From positions 1 to 44,508 of IMG/VR virus record IMGVR_UViG_3300036945_000596: a stretch of 44,508 nucleotides of DNA, one strand, 5' to 3'. The notes under the pieces are model-generated. The model saw only the letters and a list, made by a program, of their open reading frames with translations, was not told the DNA's origin and made no database searches. Shown piece by piece: positions 7,701-15,652 of the stretch. Every line of letters starts with the position of its first letter. Position 1 is the stretch's first letter. This DNA is from a virus (taxonomy: Duplodnaviria > Caudoviricetes). Made by a program: the position numbers and the translations under genes.

Positions 7701-7745
7701 GATGGGGCCTGGCCACCGGTCTCCATCAAAAACTGAAAGACCAAC

Positions 7746-9830
7746 ATGACCACCCTCTGGTTTGACTGCGAGACATTTTCCGAGTGCGACCTCAAGACTG
7801 CCGGCACGCACCGCTACGCCGAGCACGAGTCGACCCGCATCACCGTCGCTCAATGGGCGATCGACGACGGCGAGCCGGTGGTGGCCGACTGCACAAACAT
7901 CGACTGGAAAGTCACGGCCGTTCCCCTCTTCGACGCTCTGCGCGACCCCACCGTCACCGTCGTGGCGCACAACAGCATGTTCGACCGCACCCTGCTGCGT
8001 CACTGCTGGGGCATCGACGTGCCCGTGGAGCGCTGGCAAGACACGATGATCCAGGCCATGTCACACGGCCTGCCTGGCAGCCTGGATAAGATCGGGCAGA
8101 TCGTTGGCCTCGAAGAAGACAAGGCCAAAGACAAGCGCGGCCGCGAGCTGATCCAGCTCTTTTGCAAGCCGCGACCAAAGAACAGCATTTTGCGAAGGGC
8201 CACCCGTGAAACACACCCCGAACAGTGGGCCGAATTCCTCGAGTACAGCCGACAAGACATCGTCGCCATGCGCGCCATCGGCAAGCGCCTGCCCTCCTGG
8301 AACTATCGCGCCGGCCACCCCGAGCTTGCCGTCTGGCACCTTGATCAGCGCATCAACGATCGCGGAGTGGCGGTCGACCTGGAACTCGCGGAAGCCGCCA
8401 TCGACGCTGTTGCTCGAGAGCAGAAGCGACTGAAGGCCGACGTCGTCGAGCAGACCAACGGCCTGGTGACCAGCGCCAGCAAGCGCGACCAGCTGCTCGC
8501 GTTCATCTGCGCCGAGCACGGCGTCGACCTGCCAGACATGAAGGCCGACACGCTGCGCCGCCGGGTGGAAGATCCCGACCTGCCCGAGGGCGTGCGCCTG
8601 CTGCTGTCGATCCGCCTGGAGGCCACCAAGACCAGCACCGCCAAGTACAAGGCCCTGGTCAACGCCTCGAGCGACGACGGCCGCCTGCGCAACACGCTGC
8701 AGTTCGCTGGCGCGCAGCGCACGGCGCGCTGGGCCGGTCGCATCTTCCAGCCCCAGAACATGCCCAGGCCCGACATGAAGCAGCCCGAGATCGACGAGGG
8801 CATCGAGGCCTTGAAGCAAGGATGCGCCGAGCTCTTCTTCAACAACACCATGCGCCTGACCGCCAACACCGTGCGCGGCTGCATCGTGGCGCCACCCGGC
8901 AAGAAGCTCGTGATCGCCGACCTGTCCAACATTGAGGGCCGGGGTCTCGCGTTCCTGGCCGGCGAGCGCTGGAAGCTCAAAGCCTTTGCCGACTTCGACG
9001 CAGGCATCGGCGAAGACTTGTACAAGGTGGCCTACGGTCGTTCGTTCAACATCGACCCGAAGGAAGCCACCGGCCAGAAGCGCCAGATCGGCAAAGTGAT
9101 GGAGCTGGGCCTGGGCTACGAGGGCGGCGTCGCTGCGTTCTTGACCTTCGCCGCCGTCTACAACATGGACCTCGAGGACCTGGCCAAGGCGGTGTGGGCC
9201 ACGGCCTCACGCGAGGCGCTCGAGAACGCGCAGGGCATGTGGACCTGGGCGCAGAAAAAGAAGCGCACCCTGGGCCTGCCGATGGATGTCTACGTGGCGT
9301 GCGAAGTGCTCAAGCGCGCCTGGCGTGACGCGCACGCCGCGACCTCTGCGCTGTGGGCTGCTGCGGGTGAGGCCGTGCGCCTGGCCATCAAGAACCCTGG
9401 CGAGTCGTTCCCGATCGGCCAGCACCTGAAGGCGCGCCGCGATGGTGCCTGGCTGCGCATCCGCCTGCCCTCGGGCCGATACCTTTGCTACATCAACCCC
9501 AGCGTCGACGACGACGGCCAGATCACCTACTTCGGCGTCAACCAGTACACGCGCCAGTGGGGCCGCATCAAGACCTACGGCGGCAAGCTGATCGAGAACG
9601 CCACCCAGGCCTTCGCCCGCGACATCCTGGCCTACAACATGCCCGCGATCGAAGCCACGGGCTACGAGATCGTGCTGTCGGTGCACGACGAACTGCTGAC
9701 CGAGACGCCCGACCGCGAAGAGTTCAACGCCGACAAACTCGGCAACATGATGGCCACCGCGCCGGCCTGGGCAAAAGGAATTCCCCTGGCGGCAGCAGGG
9801 TTTGAAACGTACCGATACAGAAAGGACTGA
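7746..9830 (+). CDS. Family A DNA polymerase with 3'-5' exonuclease
   Basis: Exo motifs FDCET, AHNSMFDR, YSRQDI; polymerase motifs ADLSNIEGR, RQIGKVMELGLGY, SVHDE. Confidence 0.95.
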   Translation: MTTLWFDCETFSECDLKTAGTHRYAEHESTRITVAQWAIDDGEPVVADCTNIDWKVTAVPLFDALRDPTVTVVAHNSMFDRTLLRHCWGIDVPVERWQDTMIQAMSHGLPGSLDKIGQIVGLEEDKAKDKRGRELIQLFCKPRPKNSILRRATRETHPEQWAEFLEYSRQDIVAMRAIGKRLPSWNYRAGHPELAVWHLDQRINDRGVAVDLELAEAAIDAVAREQKRLKADVVEQTNGLVTSASKRDQLLAFICAEHGVDLPDMKADTLRRRVEDPDLPEGVRLLLSIRLEATKTSTAKYKALVNASSDDGRLRNTLQFAGAQRTARWAGRIFQPQNMPRPDMKQPEIDEGIEALKQGCAELFFNNTMRLTANTVRGCIVAPPGKKLVIADLSNIEGRGLAFLAGERWKLKAFADFDAGIGEDLYKVAYGRSFNIDPKEATGQKRQIGKVMELGLGYEGGVAAFLTFAAVYNMDLEDLAKAVWATASREALENAQGMWTWAQKKKRTLGLPMDVYVACEVLKRAWRDAHAATSALWAAAGEAVRLAIKNPGESFPIGQHLKARRDGAWLRIRLPSGRYLCYINPSVDDDGQITYFGVNQYTRQWGRIKTYGGKLIENATQAFARDILAYNMPAIEATGYEIVLSVHDELLTETPDREEFNADKLGNMMATAPAWAKGIPLAAAGFETYRYRKD

Positions 9831-9832
9831 TT

Positions 9833-9848
9833 TAGCACATGCTACAAT
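9833..9848 (+). promoter_or_regulatory. Operator overlapping a -10 element
   Basis: TAGCA-CA-TGCTA (9833-9844), TACAAT (9843-9848). Confidence 0.65.
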
Positions 9849-9882
9849 TCCCATCTCGCCAACCAACTGTGAAAGGACTCAC

Positions 9883-10050
9883 ATGAATGTCACCGCTCTG
9901 CGCTACGTGCGCCAGCTCTTCAACGTGGACTATGTGCCAGCGCGCACCAACCGCCACAACCAGCGTCAGTGGGTGCGCAGCATCCGCATGCTTGGTGACA
10001 AGTGGCTGCTGGCCGCCCCTGTCGAACGTCGCACACCATTCTCGAAATAA
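9883..10050 (+). CDS. Small basic hypothetical protein
   Basis: MNVTALRYVRQLF...RHNQRQWVRSIRMLGDKWLLA, GAAAGGA RBS. Confidence 0.7.
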   Translation: MNVTALRYVRQLFNVDYVPARTNRHNQRQWVRSIRMLGDKWLLAAPVERRTPFSK

Positions 10051-10067
10051 CCTCAAGGAAGAACAAA

Positions 10068-10424
10068 ATGAAAGACATCCAACTCAAGGAACTCCAGCGC
10101 GCCATCAAGTTCATCGACGCCCTGGGCTGCAGCTTCAAGATCATCACACCCGACGGCGAGGAGTTCGGCGTCCTCGAGGTGAAGGCGACCAAGGATCGCA
10201 AGCGCGCTCCCCTGCGGTACGCCTACGGCGAGATCGCCAAGTTCTACAAACCCCAGCTCAACCTGGCCGCAGAGATCGGTGACGTGCAAGAGGTCGCCAT
10301 CGGTAAGTTCAGCTGCGAAGACATCCGCAGCGGGGTTTGCAGCGTGCTGTCCAAAGAGTGGGGCAAGGACACCTACACCACCAACATGACCGGCGTCAGC
10401 GTCGAAGTGTTGCGCATTGCGTAA
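10068..10424 (+). CDS. Hypothetical protein
   Basis: MKDIQLKELQRAIK..., AAGGA RBS. Confidence 0.7.
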   Translation: MKDIQLKELQRAIKFIDALGCSFKIITPDGEEFGVLEVKATKDRKRAPLRYAYGEIAKFYKPQLNLAAEIGDVQEVAIGKFSCEDIRSGVCSVLSKEWGKDTYTTNMTGVSVEVLRIA

Positions 10425-10435
10425 GGGGCACTGGC

Positions 10436-10636
10436 ATGAACTGCTGCGACTACGACTGCAACCAGGGCGACAACTGCCCAGCCCGTGTGGCCAAGATTAA
10501 AAGCCGCGATCACGCGCCCGCCGCCCTGCCCCACTCGCCCTGGCGCGCTTACCTCAAGCACCTGGCCAAGTGGATGCTGATCTGCATCGCGGCGGTGTTC
10601 GCTGCCGCCCTTGCCGTGGGAGTCAGCCATGCTTGA
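10436..10636 (+). CDS. Small Cys-rich membrane-anchored protein
   Basis: MNCCDYDCNQGDNCPAR plus C-terminal hydrophobic helix. Confidence 0.65.
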   Translation: MNCCDYDCNQGDNCPARVAKIKSRDHAPAALPHSPWRAYLKHLAKWMLICIAAVFAAALAVGVSHA

Positions 10637-10943
10637 ACGCGACATCGAGGACTACCTGACCAAGCGGGTCAAGGCAATGGGGGGTGAGGTGCGCAAGGTC
10701 CAGTGGATCGGCCGCAACTCAGCACCCGATCGCCTGGTGATGCTGCCCGTTTGGGAGCCGTCACCGGGCAACCGTTACGCTCGCACCTTCTGGGTCGAGC
10801 TCAAGAACCCCAAGACCGTCGTCACCTTTCCCGCAGACGCACGCGAGCGCGCCCAGCACCGTGAGCACGAACGCATGCGAGCCTTGGGCCAGCGCGTCGA
10901 AGTGATCGGCACCCTCTACCAGGTGGAGGAGCTGCTGTCATGA
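10629..10943 (+). CDS. VRR-NUC domain nuclease (putative resolvase)
   Basis: ERDIE..L..RVK.MGG..RK, APDRLV, WVELK, Q.REH..M..LG..VEVI. Confidence 0.9.
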   Translation: MLERDIEDYLTKRVKAMGGEVRKVQWIGRNSAPDRLVMLPVWEPSPGNRYARTFWVELKNPKTVVTFPADARERAQHREHERMRALGQRVEVIGTLYQVEELLS

Positions 10944-11437
10944 CATTGATTGAACGAGTCACCACGCACGTCATCGAAGACGGCGAGTGCTGGAACTGGA
11001 CCGGCGCGCTGCAGAGCTGCGGGTCCACGCCCACGATGCGCTGGCAGGACAAGATCCAGGCCGTGCGCAGGTTGATCCTGCTCGAGCGCGGCCATGCCCC
11101 CAACAAAATGGTGGCGACCTACACCTGCGGCAACTCGGCCTGCGTGCACCCTGACCACGTCGCCTGGGCCAAGCGCCAGGTCGTGCAGCGACGCACCACC
11201 CTCGAGCAGGGCCACCAGCACGACATGCTCCGTCGCAAGAAGCTGGCCGACAACGCCCGCCAGCGCGGCAAGCTGACGCTGGAGCTCGCCGAGCAGGTGC
11301 GCCAGGCCGAGGGCAACCAGTACGAGATCGCCGCGCGCTTTGGCGTCAGCCAGGCCACCGTGAGCTCGATCAAGCTGGGCAAGACCTGGCGCACCTACGG
11401 GGCCAACCCGTTCGCAGGACTGGGGGCGCGGCCATGA
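10940..11437 (+). CDS. Degenerate His-Me/HNH zinc-loop protein with C-terminal HTH
   Basis: CWNWTG, YTCGNSACVHPDHV, KLT...QYEIAARFGVSQATVSSIKLGKTW. Confidence 0.75.
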   Translation: MTLIERVTTHVIEDGECWNWTGALQSCGSTPTMRWQDKIQAVRRLILLERGHAPNKMVATYTCGNSACVHPDHVAWAKRQVVQRRTTLEQGHQHDMLRRKKLADNARQRGKLTLELAEQVRQAEGNQYEIAARFGVSQATVSSIKLGKTWRTYGANPFAGLGARP

Positions 11438-11604
11438 AGTCCAGCAAAAACAGCCCCGGCCGCCCAGCCCTGGTGCCGGGTGAGATCCGACACAAGACCT
11501 CGGTCAGCTTGACGCGCGAGCAGCAGATCCAGTTCCGCCGAATGGGCGGCAGCCGGTGGTTGCAGCAGCTGCTGACCCAGGCGCTGAAAGAGCGCGATGC
11601 GTAA
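11434..11604 (+). CDS. 56-aa ribbon-helix-helix-like DNA-binding protein
   Basis: PGRP...TSVSLTREQ..F.RMGGSRWLQQLL; ATGA-coupled upstream, overlaps the helicase start. Confidence 0.6.
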   Translation: MKSSKNSPGRPALVPGEIRHKTSVSLTREQQIQFRRMGGSRWLQQLLTQALKERDA

Positions 11605-12991
11605 GTCCTACACACCCCGCCCCTTCGCCGGCCTGGCCATGGCCCACATGTCGCTCGTGCAGCGCTGCGCCCTCTGGGCCAAGCCCGGCATGGGCAAGAC
11701 CGTGATCACGATGACGTTCTTGGACCACCTGCACAACGTGGTGGGCGAGGACGCGCCGACCCTGGTGCTGGCCCCGCTGCGCGTGGCACGCGACACCTGG
11801 GCCAACGAGGCCAGCAAGTGGCAGCACCTGTCAGACATGGAGGTCGTGCCCGTGGTCGGCGACGTGAAGCAGCGCACAGCTGCCCTGCGCCGCCCTGCTC
11901 AGGTCTACACCACCAACTACGACAACCTGGTCTGGCTGCGCCAGCACTTCAAGGACTCCGGCAAGGCCTGGCCCTTCCGCACCGTGGTGGCCGACGAGAG
12001 CACCAAGCTCAAGGGCTTCAGGCTGCGCCAGGGTGGCGTGCGTGCGCAGGCCCTGGCCGGCGTGGCACACAAGGACGTTCAGCGCTGGATGAACCTGACG
12101 GGCACGCCAGCCAGCAACGGCCTCGAGGATCTGTGGGGCCAGACCTGGTTCCTGGACGCAGGCGTGCGCCTGGGCCGCACGTTCTCGGCATTCCGTGAGC
12201 GCTGGTTCGTGCCGATGAAGACCGGCAACAGCCAGTTCCACCAGTGGCGCGCAGCCGAGCACGCCGCCGACGACATCCACGCACGTTTGTCTGACATCTG
12301 TCTGACGCTGGACCCCAAGGACTGGTTCGACTTGAAGGACCCGATCGTGAACGTGGTCGAGGTCGAGCTGCCGGCCACCGCCAGGATCAAGTACCGCGAG
12401 ATGGAACGCGAGCTCTTCACCATGATCGACACGCACGAGGTCGAGGCCATGGTCGCTGCAGCCAAGTACGGCAAGTGCCTGCAGATGGCCGCCGGTGCCG
12501 TGTTCCTCGAGGACGGCGTCACCTGGGTGAAGGTCCACGATGAGAAGCTGGACGCCTTGCAGGAGCTCGTGGAGGCCACCGGCGACGATCCCCTGCTGGT
12601 GTCCTACCACTACACCCACGAGCTCGAGCGCATCGTCCAGCGCTTCCCTGACGCCCTGGACCTGTCGAACAAGGGCCACATGGCCCTGGCCATGGCGGGC
12701 AGGGGCAAGCTCTGGTTGGGCCACCCGGCCAGCATGGGCCACGGTGTCGACGGTTTGCAGGAGCACTGCAACACCGTGGTGTTCTTCGCGCAGGACCCCA
12801 ACCTCGAGTACCACGACCAGATCCTTGAACGGGTGGGACCGATGCGACAATTCCAGGCAGGCAAGGATCGCCCTGTGTTCCTGCATTACCTGGTGGCCAG
12901 GGGCACGATCGACGAGCTCGAGATGAGCCGCAGACAAACCAAGCGCAGCGTGCAAGACGCGCTGATGGATTACATGAAAGGCAAACGATGA
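11597..12991 (+). CDS. SNF2-like superfamily 2 helicase
   Basis: PGMGKT, LAPLRVA, TNYD, ADEST, LTGTP, GHGVDGLQ, QILERVG..RQ. Confidence 0.93.
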   Translation: MRKSYTPRPFAGLAMAHMSLVQRCALWAKPGMGKTVITMTFLDHLHNVVGEDAPTLVLAPLRVARDTWANEASKWQHLSDMEVVPVVGDVKQRTAALRRPAQVYTTNYDNLVWLRQHFKDSGKAWPFRTVVADESTKLKGFRLRQGGVRAQALAGVAHKDVQRWMNLTGTPASNGLEDLWGQTWFLDAGVRLGRTFSAFRERWFVPMKTGNSQFHQWRAAEHAADDIHARLSDICLTLDPKDWFDLKDPIVNVVEVELPATARIKYREMERELFTMIDTHEVEAMVAAAKYGKCLQMAAGAVFLEDGVTWVKVHDEKLDALQELVEATGDDPLLVSYHYTHELERIVQRFPDALDLSNKGHMALAMAGRGKLWLGHPASMGHGVDGLQEHCNTVVFFAQDPNLEYHDQILERVGPMRQFQAGKDRPVFLHYLVARGTIDELEMSRRQTKRSVQDALMDYMKGKR

Positions 12992-13374
12992 TTCAGAAAC
13001 TTTGCAGCACCTGCCTGCACATGGCCACCTCCACGCGCGAGGCCCCGTGCAAGGATTGTTTGCGCTTCAACGAGACAAACCCGATCGACGCCTGGACGCC
13101 TCGCCCCGGCGCAGTCATCGAGGTCACGAGGCGCATCGATGCGTCAAACCCGGCCAGCCCGCTCGACGTCCAGGTGGCTGGCGGCCACTACAAGAACAAA
13201 GCAATCCAGCCGGTCGAGTACATCCACGCCAACAAGTTGAACTTCCTCGAGGGCTGCATCGTCAAGCGCATCACCCGCTGGCGCGACAAGCCGGCCGAGT
13301 CCCGCTTCCAGGACCTGGAGAAGATCAAGCACGAGGTCGACCTGCTGATCGAGATGGAGAAGCGGCATGGATGA
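12988..13374 (+). CDS. DUF3310 domain protein
   Basis: QVAGGHYK...IQPVEYI...FLEGCIVK...R...DLEK..H. Confidence 0.85.
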   Translation: MIQKLCSTCLHMATSTREAPCKDCLRFNETNPIDAWTPRPGAVIEVTRRIDASNPASPLDVQVAGGHYKNKAIQPVEYIHANKLNFLEGCIVKRITRWRDKPAESRFQDLEKIKHEVDLLIEMEKRHG

Positions 13375-13558
13375 GATCGACCTGGCCCAGGAGCGCGACT
13401 ACCTGGCCACCCAGAACTCGATGCGGATGAAGAAACCCGAGGGCCCGATGGCCACCGGGCGCTGCCTGTATTGCGACGAGATCCTGGACGACCAGCGCCG
13501 CTGGTGCGATGCCGAGCACCGCGAGCAGTGGGAAAAGGAGGCACGCCGTGGCCGCTGA
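13367..13558 (+). CDS. Small Zn-binding protein (DksA/TraR-like architecture)
   Basis: MDEIDLAQE...GRCLYCDE....RRWCDAEH. Confidence 0.65.
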   Translation: MDEIDLAQERDYLATQNSMRMKKPEGPMATGRCLYCDEILDDQRRWCDAEHREQWEKEARRGR

Positions 13559-13742
13559 GATGACCTTCCTGGCCGAGCTGCCCGCAGGCTACGACGAGCG
13601 CACCCGCATGGCCTTGAACGTCTGCAACGAGGTGATCGTGATGCACCCCGAGCACCCGCCCTTGCTGCTACAGCCGACGGGTCAGTGGGTTGCAATCCAG
13701 CCCCAGCCCGTGCATCGTGCACAGAGTTCTAGCACCTGCTAG
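13548..13742 (+). CDS. Hypothetical protein
   Basis: GTG after GGAGG RBS (alternative ATG at 13560); IVMHPEHPPL. Confidence 0.55.
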   Translation: MAAEMTFLAELPAGYDERTRMALNVCNEVIVMHPEHPPLLLQPTGQWVAIQPQPVHRAQSSSTC

Positions 13743-13745
13743 AAC
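13726..13745. promoter_or_regulatory. Extended operator palindrome
   Basis: GTTCTAGCA-CC-TGCTAGAAC. Confidence 0.65.
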
Positions 13746-13794
13746 GACGCAGAGCACGATGTCCCCCTAGTGCTCTGGTGGCTTTACAAATTTG

Positions 13795-13822
13795 TAAGGT
13801 CACAATATACATTATGCGTCCC
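13795..13822 (-). other. dif-like XerCD recombination site; putative attP
   Basis: Minus strand GGGACGCATAA-TGTATA-TTGTGACCTTA versus E. coli dif GGTGCGCATAA-TGTATA-TTATGTTAAAT: XerC arm 9/11, core 6/6, XerD arm 4/11. Confidence 0.75.
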
Positions 13823-13832
13823 AAAACGGGGG

Positions 13833-13875
13833 TTGACGGTATAGCGTCTGCTAAAGGAAACTGTAGCGCATGCTT
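13833..13875 (+). promoter_or_regulatory. Putative promoter of the DUF3653 gene with operators
   Basis: TTGACG (13833-13838), TAGCG-TC-TGCTA (13842-13853), near-match TAGCG-CA-TGCTT (13864-13875) over the start codon. Confidence 0.55.
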
Positions 13876-14280
13876 GAGATCAACGCCCTGCCTGGCCGCC
13901 ACCTGCGTGCCCTGATCGAACTCATCGGCCAGCCTCGGGTCGAGCGCGAGCTCAACGTCCACCGCACCACGATCCGGCGCTGGCTCGCCGGCCAGGTGCA
14001 GATCCCAGGCCACCAGCACCAGGCCATCCGCATGCTGCTGGGGGACCTGCCTGGGACCTGCGGAAAGTGGACCGGGTGGCGCTTCCATGACGGGCAGCTG
14101 ATCGCCCCAGGCGGCGATCACTTTCGATCGGGCGACGTGCTCTCGCTCATCATCCTGCGCCAGCAGCTCACGGCCCAGCGCCGGGAGATCGAGGCACTCA
14201 AAGTCCGCCTGGCCATCACCGAGGAAGCAGAGCGGCACCACGCAGGTGCCGCCAACGAGGACCTGCGGGCCCGCGCTTAG
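13870..14280 (+). CDS. HTH-DUF3653 protein; XafT-like Xer recombination activation factor (putative)
   Basis: N-terminal HTH (VERELNVHRTTIRRW..G..IP), GDLP....WTGWRFHDGQLIAPGG..F (DUF3653-like), then a coiled coil; adjacent to the dif-like site. Confidence 0.75.
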   Translation: MLEINALPGRHLRALIELIGQPRVERELNVHRTTIRRWLAGQVQIPGHQHQAIRMLLGDLPGTCGKWTGWRFHDGQLIAPGGDHFRSGDVLSLIILRQQLTAQRREIEALKVRLAITEEAERHHAGAANEDLRARA

Positions 14281-14705
14281 TTCATGCCCGAGGAGTAGAC
14301 GTTGATCGTGCCACTGGTCACAAGCGTCGTGCCCCCGGCGTCAGAGTAGATCTGCACCGACACCACCGCCGTCTTGCTGGTTCCGGCCGTGGCCGACCAG
14401 GTGAAGGAGCGCGTGCTGGAGAGCTGGTAAAGCGTGCCGCTGGTGAGCCCCGTGTCCCAGGCCGCGCCCGAGGTCAGCGTGAGTTTGATCCAGTACCCGT
14501 TGCCGATGCCCGTGGTCGCGGGCTCGTACCACCGCGTGGGACCAGCGGACTGGTTGCCCACGTACGTAATTGCGCCACCGCTGGTGAACAGGATGGCGGC
14601 CGATGCGTTGATGAACGGCTTGACGTCGCGCACCGCCATCGCGTCGAGCGGGTTCTGTATCCCCAACTTGATGTCGAATCCCAGAGGGCGCGCAGCGAAC
14701 GTCAC
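14277..14705 (-). CDS. Hypothetical beta-rich, probably virion-associated protein
   Basis: Thr/Ser/Gly-rich 142 aa; last gene of the late strand, coupled to the upstream gene. Confidence 0.65.
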   Translation of the reverse strand: MTFAARPLGFDIKLGIQNPLDAMAVRDVKPFINASAAILFTSGGAITYVGNQSAGPTRWYEPATTGIGNGYWIKLTLTSGAAWDTGLTSGTLYQLSSTRSFTWSATAGTSKTAVVSVQIYSDAGGTTLVTSGTINVYSSGMN

Positions 14706-15085
14706 TTGAAATCCTTGGACAGGCTGACGTACCAGAAGCCGGTCGCGGCACGGTAGGTGGCCACCAGCAGGTCAACCGAGTTGGCCGCCGTGGAGAGCAC
14801 GCCAGCGGTGCCGCCCTGCCACTTGAAACTGGTGGGCCAGGTCATCGTGCGCGAGCCGGTCGCGTCCTGGGTGATGAACCAGTTGAGGGTCTGCCCGTCT
14901 TTCAGGTTGCTGAAGGTGGGCGCAGTCGTGACGTTGGCGGTGAAGGTAGTCGTGAAGACGTTGGACAGCGCGCAGTTGACGGCCATGGCCGTGGCGCTGA
15001 AGGTCACAGCCACCGGGGGCGTGTGGGCGTTGCTGGGAACGCCAGCGGAGAAGTCGGTCATTGAACCGGGTACACGGGTGGTCAT
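14702..15085 (-). CDS. Tail-fibre-tip-like beta-domain protein
   Basis: GQTLNWFITQDATGSRTMTWPTSFKW.GG....LST.AN.VDLL pattern typical of phage fibre C-terminal domains; AAAGGGAG RBS. Confidence 0.7.
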   Translation of the reverse strand: MTTRVPGSMTDFSAGVPSNAHTPPVAVTFSATAMAVNCALSNVFTTTFTANVTTAPTFSNLKDGQTLNWFITQDATGSRTMTWPTSFKWQGGTAGVLSTAANSVDLLVATYRAATGFWYVSLSKDFK

Positions 15086-15118
15086 CTACTCCCTTTCGAT
15101 GATGGGCTGCCCATATTG

Positions 15119-15652
15119 TCAGGCGGCCTCGTCGGAGACGGACACGCCCGACAGAAACAGCGCGCGCTCGTCCTTGCGCCGGCGCACCAGGCCTGGCAGC
15201 TCACGCCCTCCCCCTTTGGTCCAGGCCATGAACGCATCGGCTGCGCCTTCCCAGTCGCCGCGATTGGCTTTCATGCGGATCGTGGAGCGCTGCAGGTTGC
15301 CTAGCCCAAAGTTGAAGGAAATACTGACCAGAGCGTCGAAGCTGCCTTGACGGCCAACCACACCGGGAACAAGTCGAAGAACACCACGTTCAAAACTTGC
15401 GACGTCCTGCGCGAATAGTTCGTTGATCTCTTCCTTGCTCCAGACACGGTTGTCCTCCGGTTTCAGTGGGTACTCTTTGCGGATCATCGCCGCAGGCTTC
15501 TCTTCGGTGCGCGCCATCGGCAGGCGGATCTGCTCCTGGTACAGGACGTGGCCGTAGCCCACCGTCCAGATGTGCGCGGGGCACAGGTAGGGTCGGTTCC
15601 TGCACCCCTCGTAGCGGTGCATCAGGTCGCTGCCCGCTTTGCCCAACTTCAT
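15119..15652 (-). CDS. Endolysin, GH24 lysozyme
   Basis: YEGCRNRPYLCPAHIWTVGYGH (E-x8-C-x5-T), FDALVS..FNFG.G, LPGLVRRR..E..LFL. Confidence 0.93.
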   Translation of the reverse strand: MKLGKAGSDLMHRYEGCRNRPYLCPAHIWTVGYGHVLYQEQIRLPMARTEEKPAAMIRKEYPLKPEDNRVWSKEEINELFAQDVASFERGVLRLVPGVVGRQGSFDALVSISFNFGLGNLQRSTIRMKANRGDWEGAADAFMAWTKGGGRELPGLVRRRKDERALFLSGVSVSDEAA

